DNA of 63,472 nucleotides, filler included, from Rhabdomonas costata (GCA_019059605.1; 39 parts of 39 records of this genome joined end to end with filler, not necessarily neighbours in it); one strand, 5' to 3'. Shown: positions 25,994 through 39,031, counted from the whole stretch's first letter. Numbers and translations are program-made. The notes: a model not told the origin generated them from the letters alone.

Positions 25994-26183
25994 NNNNNNN
26001 NNNNNNNNNNNNNNNNNNNNNNNNNNNNNNNNNNNNNTTAATTAATTAANNNNNNNNNNNNNNNNNNNNNNNNNNNNNNNNNNNNNNNNNNNNTTTGGTG
26101 CCGGCATCGTGGTTTCAATGTAGCTGTTTCCATCGCGGACACGGCCCTGTCACTAATATAAGAAGTCTGTCTTGGCTCATGTT

Positions 26184-26444
26184 TTAGGTCGGCATCAGGT
26201 AAGCCCGTGCGGAGTGGTAAGGGCCGTAAAGAGCATGTTTACGTAACACCTGACGCATATGCTTGTCTAATTGTACCAAATTTTCCGTATCGAATGTTTC
26301 GGAAGAACTATCAAAAGCGGTTAGTTGGTTATGCTGTTTGAATTTGGACGTTTTGTGTTGTTTGAACAATAAAACCTGATGCGTGAGTGCTGTTACAAAT
26401 TGTAGTTTGTGTAAGAACGGCAGTGAACTAATTCCAATTCTCAT
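26184..26444 (-). mobile_element. Probable decayed non-LTR retrotransposon (R4/Dong-like, post-RT region)
   Basis: SKFKQHNQ...ENLVQLDKHMRQVLRKHALYGPYHSARAYLMP resembles the recalled R4-clade NKFKAIN...LDRKTRKLLT.H..HHP....RLYLP. It lies in an AT-richer contig with no exon-like segments. Confidence 0.4.
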
Positions 26445-29400
26445 AACATTGAATCAAATGTCATCCAACTCAGCGCCAACAGTCTCCGCGTCCACATGGC
26501 CGCATCACTCAGCTCTAGTCTCCACCCACCACCAAAGCGTGACCAGTCTTCTTGTGAGTCTGGCATATGAAGTCGACATCCACCTCTTGGTTGCCAGAAG
26601 AATTATTTTATTCATGGTGTCCTCTTCACCCATTTACGGTAACTGCGTGGTTTCATACACGATTTACTCCTGTGGCGCTTGGACTCGATGCTTAACTTGA
26701 TAGACACCCACGGCCACTCGACCTCTGATATACGTCAGGCCTGGCCAAAGAAGATCACTATATCACCCCACCAATATTAGTCATATAGCAGAGAACCACA
26801 TCAGTGGCCTACGCTGTTTATCTACATCTTTTACATCCGCACATAAAATCTGGGCTTCCGCCACACAGACATAATACGTCTACTGTGAGCATTTCGTTAC
26901 TACTCCAAGTTATTCTACCTCCTCCATCACGGCGTCATCATAGTCAGTGCTACATTTGTTACTTCCGCTGCAGCACTGCCACTCTTCCACCAACCTTGTA
27001 CTCATCCAGTCTCATCCAGTAGCTCATACTGCTGCAATTTTAAGTGTAATTCTCCTTCCGTATACCATCCATTGAGTCTATTTTGTCTCTTACCATATGA
27101 TGAGACCTTTTAAAGCTGACTGCTTTTTACTGAAACATTCAAAAGTTGTCAAAACCGACCTTCTAAATCACTTGTATTTGTATACAAGACATACGAGACC
27201 ACTAACCACAGGAAAGTAACGCGTTGTCCACGTAACTTCTTTTGCAATTGTACTTCAGTTCTGAACAACCAGTAGTTATCTTCAAAACGGCATTAGTTTG
27301 AACAAAGTACATATCAAAAACTGGGCTAAATTGAGCAAGTTGAGGTAGTAGTTGTAGGTGAGTATTTCTTGGATAATTGGTTTATCTTGGGGCCAATTCT
27401 TCGCGTGTATAGGTTTGGTTGCTGATGTTGTGCTGTTATTCGATGCAGAGTGTGCTCAGCCTGTGTTTCTCGTTGTGGTATTTGGTGGTTGGATTCATGG
27501 TTAAATCTTGAGTGTTATTTGGTCTGTACAAGGGCTCATGTTCTGTGGTTCTGTGCTGGTATTTTAGTTGGATCTGGTGCCTTAGCATCTCGTGGTTGTG
27601 TTTGGTGATTATGATGTTTGGTTTNNNNNNNNNNNNNNNNNNNNNNNNNNNNNNNNNNNNNNNNNNNNTTAATTAATTAANNNNNNNNNNNNNNNNNNNN
27701 NNNNNNNNNNNNNNNNNNNNNNNNATGCTGAGAACAAAAGCAGCGAAATGGCCTTTCCTCCCGTGCGTAACCGCAAGGACGAGCGAGAGCGCCTACCAGC
27801 CCCAGGAACGTTCCCACTAGAAAGTGGAACCAAATGGCGCAGCATCCACGAAAACCAGACGCACGGTTGGTGGAGGGATGAAGGGCTACGGGCCAACTCC
27901 TCATTGACACTTGTTTTCTGTGCATCACTTTTTGCAACGTGCGATCGGTTGCTTTATTGGATGGCATCTCCTTGCTTACCTGTGGGACCTTGGTCAGGGC
28001 GAGGGAAAAAGCGCAATCTGTCAACGCCCCGGGTTTGCAGAGGAAGGAGAAAGGGCCAAAACTCTCTAACACGATGACACTGGGTGCCTGCTCCTGTTCC
28101 ACGCATTTCAAACAGGGGTACCATGACTAAAACGCGTGACCAATCAGCGTCGTGGCGGCCGTTGTGGGATCCCCGTTTGTGCGAGCAAGCCATGTTGCTG
28201 AGTTTCTTGTTGAAAAAAGCGCGAATTAGACTCTAAGCCTACTTTCTTCCTAATACCCCTCAAACGCATACCGGGTAAGTGCACATCGAACTGCTTCATC
28301 TTTTCCAGAAAAGTTCCTTTGCTTCATGCTGTCTGTCCACTGTTCCTCTAGGATGCAGCTTCGGTTTGTCCACGACCCCTACTCCGCTGCCGGTGTGTGC
28401 GTGTCTGCGTGTGTGGGTGCGGGTGTGTTGTTTGTTGCATGTTTGTTTGCGTGTTCCCCACATCTCTTTCACAAGCTTCAATTTTTTGTCACAATAGGGT
28501 GATCGTTAACACTGTCGTCTTTTTGACCTCACCAGCATGAAGAAGTGAGAGGGACAGATCAAGGCCAGCGTCGACGCAAACTGGCACAGATACGTGATGC
28601 AACATGTGCCGCGGGGGGTCAGGTGAAGTAATGAGACCTTTTCCGTCTTCGCTCCCTCCTGGCTCTTTGTTGTGCTTCAACAGCTTTCCACGTTGTGGTG
28701 TGCGCCACGCCACAGCCAGCTCGGTAAGTCTCCCACCTTTCCCACCCCCTTCTTGTTTTCCTTCGTGAGGTTCGAAATCTTGTCAACAATTTCTGTCGGG
28801 GTTCGGTTGTTGGTTGTTGGTCCCCTGCGCGGGAAAGAATTTCTCCCACGCAGAAACCGCGGTAACCAGCGGCATTGAAAAGTTACTCGGGGACGTTACA
28901 GCAGGTTAAATCACGTCAAGTCACTTTAAAATACGAGAGCTTTCAAAAACAACAAGCTCCCACAAAAATATGAGAGTTCACTTTTATTACATTAAATTGA
29001 ACCTTTGCTTTTTTGACCCTATGTTCCGTTGCACTGGAGGGAAGACAAGATTCACGCTTCGCTTCCTATACTTTCTTTCTTCACTTCTTGCAAGTAACGT
29101 ATGTAAGAGAACATTCCCCATTCCACTTGTCCCCCTTTTTTTTCGGGGGCTTTCTGGTTCTTCTTTTCAGCACACCAGCTCGCGTTAGGTCGTCGCACCC
29201 CCGGCCCTCAACGTCATGCGCCTGTTCTTTTTCTTTTTGCAAAGCCACCACCACCNNNNNNNNNNNNNNNNNNNNNNNNNNNNNNNNNNNNNNNNNNNNT
29301 TAATTAATTAANNNNNNNNNNNNNNNNNNNNNNNNNNNNNNNNNNNNNNNNNNNNGTCTGGAGGGGCTTTTCCATTTGCTTTTGCAGTGGAGGGGGTGTC

Positions 29401-29627
29401 GCCACTGCACCAAGGGCGGTTTTCTTACCTTCACAACCCCATCGAGCTGGGACATCCTCCTTCCGTTCACAGGCCAGGTACGTTGCGGTCGCAAAAATTG
29501 ATGATGATGTGTCCCCCAACTCTCCGTTCCGGAAAAAGCAAAGCCTCGCTGGATGTTTTCGATGTGGTGTTCACGTCGCGTCGGTCACTAAAACTCACTC
29601 AAATCACGTACACTCACATCGCATGTA

Positions 29628-30740
29628 CCGGGTGTCCGAAACTTTCTGAACCAGTATTTCTTGCCTAAAAAGCCGTAAACCCTGCTGATGTTACTGAGGC
29701 ATGAGTATGTACTTCTGCGAATCTGGGAGACTGTACCGTGTGGGCTTGAGTGGGGAACCGTCGCCTGCGGTGAGCAGTCTTCTGTTGTTTTGTAATCCCC
29801 GTGAAAAACAAGCGCAATGCCTTGAAGTAAGAATTTCGAGATGCCGCTGTCAGGCTGTTCTTTAGCGAGCGTAGCGTTGTGGCTGCGCAGAGGGCTTTCC
29901 AACAAGAGCGGGGCCAAAGAAACGCCCCTGACCGACGTACCCCGCTGAGGTGGGTGACTGCCTTTGAGGAGCGCAGGAACCGATATCGCAGAATCCTCGG
30001 ATGTCGGCCCGGAGGATGGGCATGTCAAGAAGCACGATTCAGGATCGACTAAGGCACAACTTGGGGCTATTTCCCCATAAGCTGCAAATTGTGCAGCGCC
30101 TTCGGCGAGGGGATAAAGCAAAGCTTGTGCGGTTTTGCCGCTGGACATTGAAAAAGTGGCGGTCCTGCCGCTTTCGCCGTGGTCTGGTGATGACCGATGA
30201 GACTGTGTCTCACGTTGACGGGAATGTAAACAAAGAGAACTGTAGAGTATGGGAATTGGAGAACCCTCATGCCATTGCGGGACAGTGGTCCTCTCTGACG
30301 CTCTGGTGTGGGTTCAGCGCTCGTGGACTAATTGGATCTTTCTTCTTTGAAGAAGGTCGTCACCCTGCGACAGTGAACGCTACTCGATATCACTTTGCCA
30401 AAGCGTTCCCATCAGCTGGGCATACCACAGCGAGCCGTGTGATATCAGCAGGGTGGAGCCTCAGCTCATACTGTCCACCACTGTGCTTAACACACTTCTG
30501 GAAAAATTTCCGGGATCTCAAAGGGAGGTAACGTGGCTTGCCGGACCTCTCGATCAACGACTTTCCTTTGGGGGACGTCAAAAACCTTGTCTGTTCATTC
30601 CCAGTGCACTCCATTTGACAGCTGAAGCGGAAGATCCGGAGGGTGATCAGAGCGATCCCCGCCGCTATGCTTCGCCGTGCCTTCAGTGGACTGCCTCAAT
30701 GATAAATTACGAGGGGTCATCTCGAAACAGTCGAAAATAA
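29628..30740 (+). mobile_element. Tc1/mariner DNA transposon, rosa/DD41D-like, with frameshifted transposase pseudogene
   Basis: Putative left end TA|CCGGGTGTCC at 29626-29637. HTH remnant (LFFSERSVVAAQRAF..LRWVTAFEE). Core LGLFPHKLQIVQRL..MTDET..VDGNVNKENCRVW..ENPH..LWCGFSARGLIGSFFFE..TVNATRY. Then YQQGGASAHT and QLKRKIRRVIRAIPAAMLRR in other frames. No right TIR is seen before the contig end. Confidence 0.9.
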
Positions 30741-30986
30741 TCATTGCCCGAGGGGCAAAGGTTGGATCAAGGTTGGAATAATAATATAGTAATAATACTG
30801 CGAGCAGCCGTGGCCAACGGCGCGCGCCCCCGTCAGTCGAAAACGGGTACCAACAGTCAATCAGGCAACCAGCGCGCCAACACCCCNNNNNNNNNNNNNN
30901 NNNNNNNNNNNNNNNNNNNNNNNNNNNNNNTTAATTAATTAANNNNNNNNNNNNNNNNNNNNNNNNNNNNNNNNNNNNNNNNNNNN

Positions 30987-32190
30987 GGGTGGGCCACCTC
31001 AAAGGGCACCCGCCCCGCTTTGTTCTGATGAGTGGTAGGTGACAAATAAGGGCAAAAAGCGTGACGCCAATCAGTACCTTGGCACGAAAGTGATGAAGGC
31101 CACGCAGTGGAGGCCTTGTTCTCTCCGCCCAAAATTCCTTCAGATTTCCTTCACCAGAAAATGGGCCTTATGCGCACATGTCCCCCATTTAAGCGACATC
31201 GGCTTTGCGAACACACACAAACGCGCACACACACTTACTCTCTTTTATTGAGCAGAGAGTGCCGGTGGGGCGTGATGGTTTAGGAAAAAACGTGCATCAC
31301 TCCCATCACAAAAACCATTTTCCATCCACCCGCAGTACAGCAACAACCTCCAGTCTTGAGAGTTGGGGAATTGTCCGAGGCAGCGGGAAGGGGGCGGGGG
31401 GTAGTGCCTCCTCCCGCAGCACTGGGTAGAGGCAGCGAGAGACCATTTAGAGAGATTCTGGCAGCCGAAATGTTTCACACACACTCTGCTTATTTGATTG
31501 CACGTTGCTCACATTTTTCATTTCAGGTGCTTTATTATTTTTTCCTCAGGACATTCCTCAGTACGCAGGCGAGACCAAGAAATTACGCCCCCACTCCACC
31601 CTTTTGTGGGTCACTCACCCTGAGTGGACCACCCGAAGGTCGACTTCTGCAAATTGTTCAATTCAAAACAGAGTTGCGGAGACGTTTCCAAGAAGCTGGC
31701 ATTTTGGACTGACAGGGCTTCGAAGCCGCAGGGGGGTACACCTGCTAACCTGTTTCATTGTGTAGCACTTGACAGACTAACCAAAACTTGTGCCTGGATT
31801 GGTGTTGAGGTACACGTTTCCCTTGCTTCTTGCTTTGCTCCGCTTTTGAGATGAAACCCGCCATTTTTCAAGCCATTTCCAAGCTGTGTGTGGGGTGGCC
31901 GGAAGCATTCTTTCAGGTGATCAGGGGGGGCGCTCCCTGGCAGTACATCTAAAGAGATAGACGGAGCACCTTGAGCTTAATGTCTGCCCCGCCTGCACAA
32001 GGGCCTCTGTGGTGCGCGACATCTTATGCAGCGCCGTCACGTGGACAAGGGTGGAGCCCGTCTCCAGGTCTATGATGGTGTTGACCTCCATCACCTTCCG
32101 GGTGAGCGTGGGTCCCAGCAGCGCCACAGCGGAGCCGTCGTCCTGTCCCTCCATCACGGCCACCTCCAGGGGCACCCGCCCAGCTTTGTT
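30987..32190 (-). CDS. Ankyrin-repeat protein (exons 32190-~31988 and 31024-30987; partial)
   Basis: NKAGRVPLEVAVMEG...ETGSTLVHVTALHKMSRTTEALVQAG and a second NKAGRVPFEVA match the ankyrin consensus G.TPLH.A...G. Confidence 0.7.
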
Positions 32191-32944
32191 CTAAGGCCCG
32201 GCGCAAAGAGCAAATACCACAGGGAGAGCGTGTGCCTTCGTGCAGATGAAAGTTTTAATTCAAAGGACTTCAGCTTATTACCCTGTGACTTTGCTTCACG
32301 GGTCCAAAGCTGCACGCGCCTCGGCAGTGACTTGCGCGTCAAAAAGGGGCAACCCTTGACAGCGGCAAGTAGAGGGGAAGAGTGAGATGCCTGGGACTGG
32401 GACTTCTCTCTGCGTGACAAAATGAGTTGGTATGAAAGCGGTTTCAGACCTGACGGTGTCATGGATGCATGTCCAGATAATGTGCCCACGTGGGTTTGGG
32501 GGGGGGGGGGGCAGGTTNNNNNNNNNNNNNNNNNNNNNNNNNNNNNNNNNNNNNNNNNNNNTTAATTAATTAANNNNNNNNNNNNNNNNNNNNNNNNNNN
32601 NNNNNNNNNNNNNNNNNGGTTTTTGGGTCCTGGTCCGCCCGATGACCTTCCAGATTCATCACCTCGTACAGGCCCATCAAAGGAGAATAATCGGGAGGTG
32701 GGGGCCTTGCCCGTCCCCCCGCTTCCGAAGGGCACAAATCCACACAACCGCTAATCTTGAACCGGATCGCAACTCGCAGAATAAAGGCAATTCAATTGAG
32801 AGATTGGTGGTGGTGGATTGGAGGTGCCCCACCCGCAGAACAGAATAGACGGCGCTGAGCCCTCCGTTCATTCTACTCGCACCAGGGTAACGTGGCCGAA
32901 AACAACCCACTCAATGGCCATCGAAAAGAGTCGATCATTCACAC

Positions 32945-33409
32945 CTTGTCCAAGGTTCCTCGGGTATGGATGATCGCTTCGCACATGGCCTGGAGGTATC
33001 TGAGGCAAGTCAGTGATATCATGAGACAACGACAAGGTCTGCAACAGACTTTGCGAACAATAAAGCAAAGGGATACCACTAAAACAAAATCAAACCATTC
33101 TGTTCCCACCATCAACGTCTTAACCACGGCATCCACATTACCTCGATGACCGAATTTGGGAAGGTGTGATACAAACATAAAACCATAAGACTCTTTTAAA
33201 TGATAACGCTTTCCCAAAGCACACACTGCGTCATCAGCTGCACAAGCTGCTCCGAAAGGATCTGCTCGCACAGCGTCGAGAACCCCGCGATGTCTGCGAA
33301 CATGATGCTAACCACCTTGCGAACCATGGCACTACCCACCTCCATCGACCCCGTCAGCATCATCTTCACTACGTCTCGGGGCACGTACCTCACGAAGGCC
33401 TTGAGACCT
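32945..33409 (-). CDS. Class III adenylate/guanylate cyclase catalytic domain (exons 33409-33227, 32999-32945; partial)
   Basis: AFVRYVPRDVV...VSIMFADIAGFSTLCEQ...QYLQAMCEAIIHTRGTLDK contains the FxDIxGFS metal-binding motif and GTLDK(F). Confidence 0.93.
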
Positions 33410-36400
33410 CTGAAAAGCAAAGCAACGAAAAGCAAGGACACATTCACCTCCAAGGAAGAGCCAGATTGCTGAATGCAAGTCTTACCGTCGCGTGCAGACA
33501 AAACCTAAATCATTCCTCAGGCAATGCGCCTTCTTTAAAAGCTGAGGCTCGGTTTGCAGGCCTGGGGAGAGGCCGAATCGACCAGCCAAATCCCAATTCT
33601 CTAATGAGGGTTCAAAAGCTCAATTCGGGTGCCCCCACCACTAAACGAACCGCATTATCTTCTTCGGGTGAACTACGCTTTCATATTTGGGGAAACGGTA
33701 CGGTATACAGTAACAGTATACCGGAACACCGGGCGAACAATGCCTTTCTCACAAGCTTAACCCCAAACCTGACCAGGAGACGGGCGTCGGCAAACGCCTG
33801 CCAAGGTGTATTTATATGGGCATAACTCCCACCCCCACCCCCAAAAAACCGTTGACCCGAAAGACGCGCAAAAATTTCTCCGAAATACACAAACGGTGAA
33901 TCTAGCATTCGGGGATGCGATTAGATTACCATCGATCCCACCTCGCTTGCGCGATGTACTTGCATGCCCGTGGCTCAAGAGTTGTATGTTCCTTCGTTGA
34001 TCACAATGGCCTACTTCCGTCATGATTTTCTTTCACTTTCTGCTTCACAATTTCTTCAAAACTGTCGATCTCTTCTCAATTATATCCCTTTCCATTCCAT
34101 TGAGTGACCAGTTTTGCGGCAACCTGGAATCGATGATCGCGCCTNNNNNNNNNNNNNNNNNNNNNNNNNNNNNNNNNNNNNNNNNNNNTTAATTAATTAA
34201 NNNNNNNNNNNNNNNNNNNNNNNNNNNNNNNNNNNNNNNNNNNNTGTTTGTGGGGGTACTTTCACTTCCTCTTGATCCCAAAAGCAGTCGATAATGCGGC
34301 AGGCACGCACAGGCGCGTGGAACATCGAACTCGGTAAAAAAAAACAAAGCAGTTCATTTCGTCTCAAAAGCACGTCGCATGCAAAGGTACAGGTCAATCC
34401 AATGAGCTGCGTCACTGGTCTCTAACATGGTCGCGCAAAGCTATTACGGTGGCAGCCCACATTCGTGGCAAAAACGGAATAGTAAGTACTGCTGTCGTTG
34501 ATGTTCCCTGTGAAATCCACTCCAAAGCAGAACCGAAGCACACCAACTTGACTGAAGGGTACGAAGTTGATCTTGGCATTCTTACCTTGGGATGCTGACT
34601 TAAGGGTAAAGTAACAGTCACTGCACCACAGGCAAGAGTGAGGGCAAAAATTTTCGCACGGACTAAGGGTGAGAGACAAACCTCCCAGATTCAAAAGCTG
34701 CTGTGGTTGCTACGCGTAGCACCTGTACGGAGTGCCAAGAGCTTCGTGAGTGCAGAAACACAATGAACCTATTGCACAAACAACAGACACGGAAGAAGAG
34801 CGCTTTCCCATTTCCCTCTCCCCAGTGCAGCTGAATTTAAAAGGGGACGCTAGATTTGGTCGAGAAGGACACTGTCGCCCCCGACCCGTCGCCCTGTTCG
34901 CATATTCCCAATCGTTCCAAACCTCTCTTGGCATCGAACACAGTGAATCGAATAACAGTACCCCATAAACCCACATCTCTGACGAGCAAGTGTGCAAAGA
35001 TGAGGCCAAAACACTTACAGGAGGTCCTTACAAGAGGTCGTTTGTCCACACCTTCTCGGCGTTCGGGTCAATCTTCACCTTCGTCAAACCGCGCCGAAAC
35101 ATCCACTCCGACAGTTCTTCATAGAACTTCCCGGGCTGCATTACATGATAAAAGAGCAGCGGTACTGGGCATCAAAATGATATTTTGCCCGCTCACACGG
35201 GTTTCTGCGCGTTTCCCCCAGTTGCTCATATCCTCACATTTTCAAACAATGCACATGCCCCTTCGGATGTACACTGCACATTTGCACCTGTGACTGCTGT
35301 GGCAAAACGGAAGTTTTCGGGGGGGGGGGGACAACTCACAAATGTGCGCAGATTAAAACGTTTTTTACACTGTCGAACAAGACCACCATTGGCCCGAGGC
35401 GCCCAACATCTAAACAGCTCTTGCGAACGTGATGCGGAAAGGCAAACCTCCCGTACTTGCCGGGAGTCAAACAAGTACAATGCAAGCCGCAGCATGGCGG
35501 GAAGGGGGGGAGCTCGCCCAGTGAAAGTCCCACCAGAGAGGAGGAAAGGACGGCCACCAAAACACATGAGAAAGGAGGATGACGTTGTGAGCGCAACAGC
35601 AGCGCAACACATATATGCTCGCACCCAAGGTTACACAAAAGCACGCACAAAAACACAATCCTGCGGTACCGTGGAAATATGCATCATGACTTTTCATCGT
35701 TTCATCCCGTCTGGTTGGCTACCCCACGCCTTGGAGGACCCGCAAACCGAGTACCAATCAGTTCATCTCATCCCCNNNNNNNNNNNNNNNNNNNNNNNNN
35801 NNNNNNNNNNNNNNNNNNNTTAATTAATTAANNNNNNNNNNNNNNNNNNNNNNNNNNNNNNNNNNNNNNNNNNNNGGGGGGGGGTGTACCCGCTTCTCGC
35901 TTCTGGATCTGGACGCACACAAGCACACACACGATCTCTCCGCTCAAGCCTTTCCTTGCCGACTCTTTCCCTCCTTCCCCTTCCTTACCCGCTCTTTCTT
36001 TTTCTTAACTCAGTGTCAGGAATTGGAGCGTTAATCGCCATTTCGGTTAGGGGTGGTGGACTTATGGGATGGTAGGTGTAGGATACGAAAGAAAGATTCG
36101 GTCCGTTCTGCTTGCCATTCCTTTGTGGGTGGCAGGGGCTAGAAGTGCGTATCGTGATGTCAAGAGCCCCACAAAGAATTTTCCACGGCTCACTGGTAAA
36201 CATGGTGTCACGTTCTGGGAACTCTTTTCAGTGTCCTCCTCCTTTCTCTGTATTTTTGCCTCTGCGCCTTGTGCCGGACCATGGACGCTGGATATTTTGT
36301 GCAGTAGAAGGTCCCCCAACTGCATTATTTTGCATCATGACATTAGTCGGATGCTTTTAAAACACAAAATATACATCCACCTCAGTGCCCTACTGACCAC

Positions 36401-36672
36401 TCCCGCAAAACAGTTCTTGCTACCTTGGTCTCACAAAACTCATAGTGATGTTGCCACGATATCGTGTCTCGTCTTTGTGGCCTCCGGACTGAAGTCTGGC
36501 ACCTGCGCACCTGGGGGTTGTGAGTCCAGGTTTTTGCCTTATCTTCGAGGTTTTGCCAGCGATTGTGTATCCGGATTTCGGCCTGCACTCGTAACCCCCT
36601 CCTATAAAGCATGCGCAAATACACACAGCAAGAGAGAGAGAGAGTAAGACGGAGCGGCCAATTGGTGCTCAC

Positions 36673-36787
36673 CGTTGTGGTCATCATCGCCACCAGGAGG
36701 TTGAGCATCAGAACGTTGCAAAGCAAGGTCCACACCAGTGCCAGCCCCCCGGTAATACCTGGAGAGATGCTGTCCTGCAAAAGTCGA

Positions 36788-36826
<39 letters not shown>

Positions 36827-37401
36827 GCGCGCACAGCGCGATGGCTGCAACCTGACTATCTGCTGGTGCCCCCTTTCACCGGGTTTTGAGCCCAACACTT
36901 CATCTGATGGACTTCTTCGGATGATGCGAAGTGAAGAGGACAAGGGTTTCAGTACTCCTTCCTTGAAAAGAGCTCTTGAAGCGCAGCAAGGGAGCAGTCT
37001 TCTCTGGAATCGCTGTCGAACGATATAAATACTGACATTTTTTTGGGGGGTTGCAGGTGGGTCGATTTTACAAAAAAGGAAAAAAGCATCACAACGTCAG
37101 CAGGTCGACAACCCAAAGAAAACTCGCTGGCATTGTCAATACGATATCGGAGCAGCATGCAGGTCCCAATTACCCCCCTCCAAATTTAGGAGGCATACAC
37201 TGTCTTACCCCAACACCACCAAAAACACGCATAAGGTCAGCGGTAGGCCACCCCTTTCCTCTCCAACAAGACCTGGGTATGAGTATCCCCGCCGCCGTTG
37301 CCCATGCTCATCTCGAACAGCCACCGCGCGGTGTTCTCGGGAGGCTGGTTGGGAACCACCACGCTGACGCTGAACGTAAACCCAGCCAGCAGGACTAGGT
37401 A
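36673..37401 (-). CDS. TRP-like cation channel, S5-pore-S6 (exons 37401-37273, 36774-36673; partial)
   Basis: YLVLLAGFTFSVSVV (S5), TARWLFEMSMGNG (pore helix/filter), LALVWTLLCNVLMLNLLVAMMTTT (S6 motif LNLLIAMM). Confidence 0.8.
36790..36825 (+). repeat. (GT)n microsatellite in the channel intron
   Basis: About 18 GT units. Confidence 0.95.
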
Positions 37402-37659
37402 NNNNNNNNNNNNNNNNNNNNNNNNNNNNNNNNNNNNNNNNNNNNTTAATTAATTAANNNNNNNNNNNNNNNNNNNNNNNNNNNNNNNNNNNNNNNNNNN
37501 NGGGTTGGTGGTAGCTTTGGCGCAGAGGCGAGGAAGGGTGCTGGGCACCTTTCAAAGCAGGCCTCTTCACGGAAGTTACGCGCGTCTTTCTTTCTTCTTC
37601 GTTTTTTTCGTTCAAGACCTCTGCGGGGCATGCTAATTTCCACGCGCGTGCTACCGCAG

Positions 37660-39031
37660 GCCCGATCTGATGCTAGCCCCGTGGTGCGGCGGGAGTTGGC
37701 GTTTGCTCTGATGCTCTTCGTACGGCATCACATCGGTGCTGCCCCCACCTTTTGTGTTCACCCTTCTTCATCTTCCGTGTACTCAGTTGTCTGCCCAGTT
37801 CCCCACCGGGTCTATGAGAGGGATGAGTCTACACGTCCGCCTTTGGAGCGAATAGTTCCAGCCCACATGGGGTTGAGGATTGAAAACCTTGATCTGTCGC
37901 CAGAATCCGGACAAACTTTGGCGGGGGGGAACCGAAAACCGCTGTTTAGCCGATACAGCACCATCAGTGGGAAGATTTTTTTTTGGCTTCCAAGCCAAAG
38001 GCAGAGAAGGCAGAGTAAAAAACACATCGCCGCACACGCAGACTGTATGCAGATCTGATTAAGATTAAGTTGCCCTCATTCTGGCATCAAAAACCTCATG
38101 GCACCCCCCCAAAAAAGTTCCGTAGTTGCATTTCTGAACCCAATTTGCACCTCGATCCGAACGGGTGACCTTTCTCTCTGCTTTCTCGCTGGCTTTATAT
38201 GTCCGTTTGCACGGGTGTGAGTGGGACCGCCTCATAGAGCTGATCCGTCGAGTTTGCCCCTCCGGGGGCTACGGCAGCTACATCGCAAACGAGGAGGCGA
38301 AGTACCAGCTCCCTTTTGCCGCAGGCACCACAAATCGCCCTCAGCCACCATCCTAACCACCCCCCAGTTTTGCCAACTGCTGGAATTCACTGGGACTCCG
38401 TTTTGGCATCGCCCTTCGTTGTGGTTGTGAGGATCGGCGGTTCGCTAAAGCCGAAGCCTGTGAAATACAACAGAATGAGCTTTGTGGCTTCAAAATCACA
38501 AGAAGGTCATATCAATGTCTTGTTGTCAACAGCGCCAGCTCTCTTGAGCAAATCGAATCAATGCAAGGCTGGGTTGGGATGCGTGCATGATTGATTGTCA
38601 CTGCCGCTGCCTGCAGCTGCATTTCTTTGTAGACTTTTTGTGCATATTAGGTTTTTTACTTTTTGCATTGCCACGCACACAGAAGCGATGACGTCCCCAC
38701 CGATGTCCAGGTGTGCCACGCGCTATACCCAGGGCCTCCCATTAATGTTGCTTCATGGTGACAATATAAACTCATTGAAGGACCCCACCACCACCAGGTC
38801 ACATTTCGCCAGTTTTTTGACAGTTGAACCTCCTCAACCTCCTCACACGAGGTGTGGTGTCGGATTTGCATATTGAAATTGCAATTGGAGGTGGGAAGGG
38901 GGTTCCTCTGCCGCTTCTCAGTAGCGACGACCGTGAGATGCTCCGGCTTCACCAGCAGGTTCTGCGCTCCGTAGTGCTGCTCAGCAACGACCCCGTGCCC
39001 AGCGTCGGCCGGGTGGCCACCCACCCCAACA
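37660..39031 (+). CDS. RPTOR: Raptor/KOG1 (TORC1 subunit), HEAT-repeat region (exons 37660-37735, possibly ~38213-38324, 38824-38851, 38922-39031)
   Basis: SDASPVVRRELAFAL and QVLRSVVLLSNDPVPSVGRVA match the recalled Raptor motifs DGSPxVRKELVVAL and IWRVLLHLAADPYPEVSDVA in the right order. Confidence 0.72.

Noticed and set aside
35185..35775. 212-aa ORF in the track
   Set aside because: Contains poly-G and CA-rich intron-like sequence; no coding signature.
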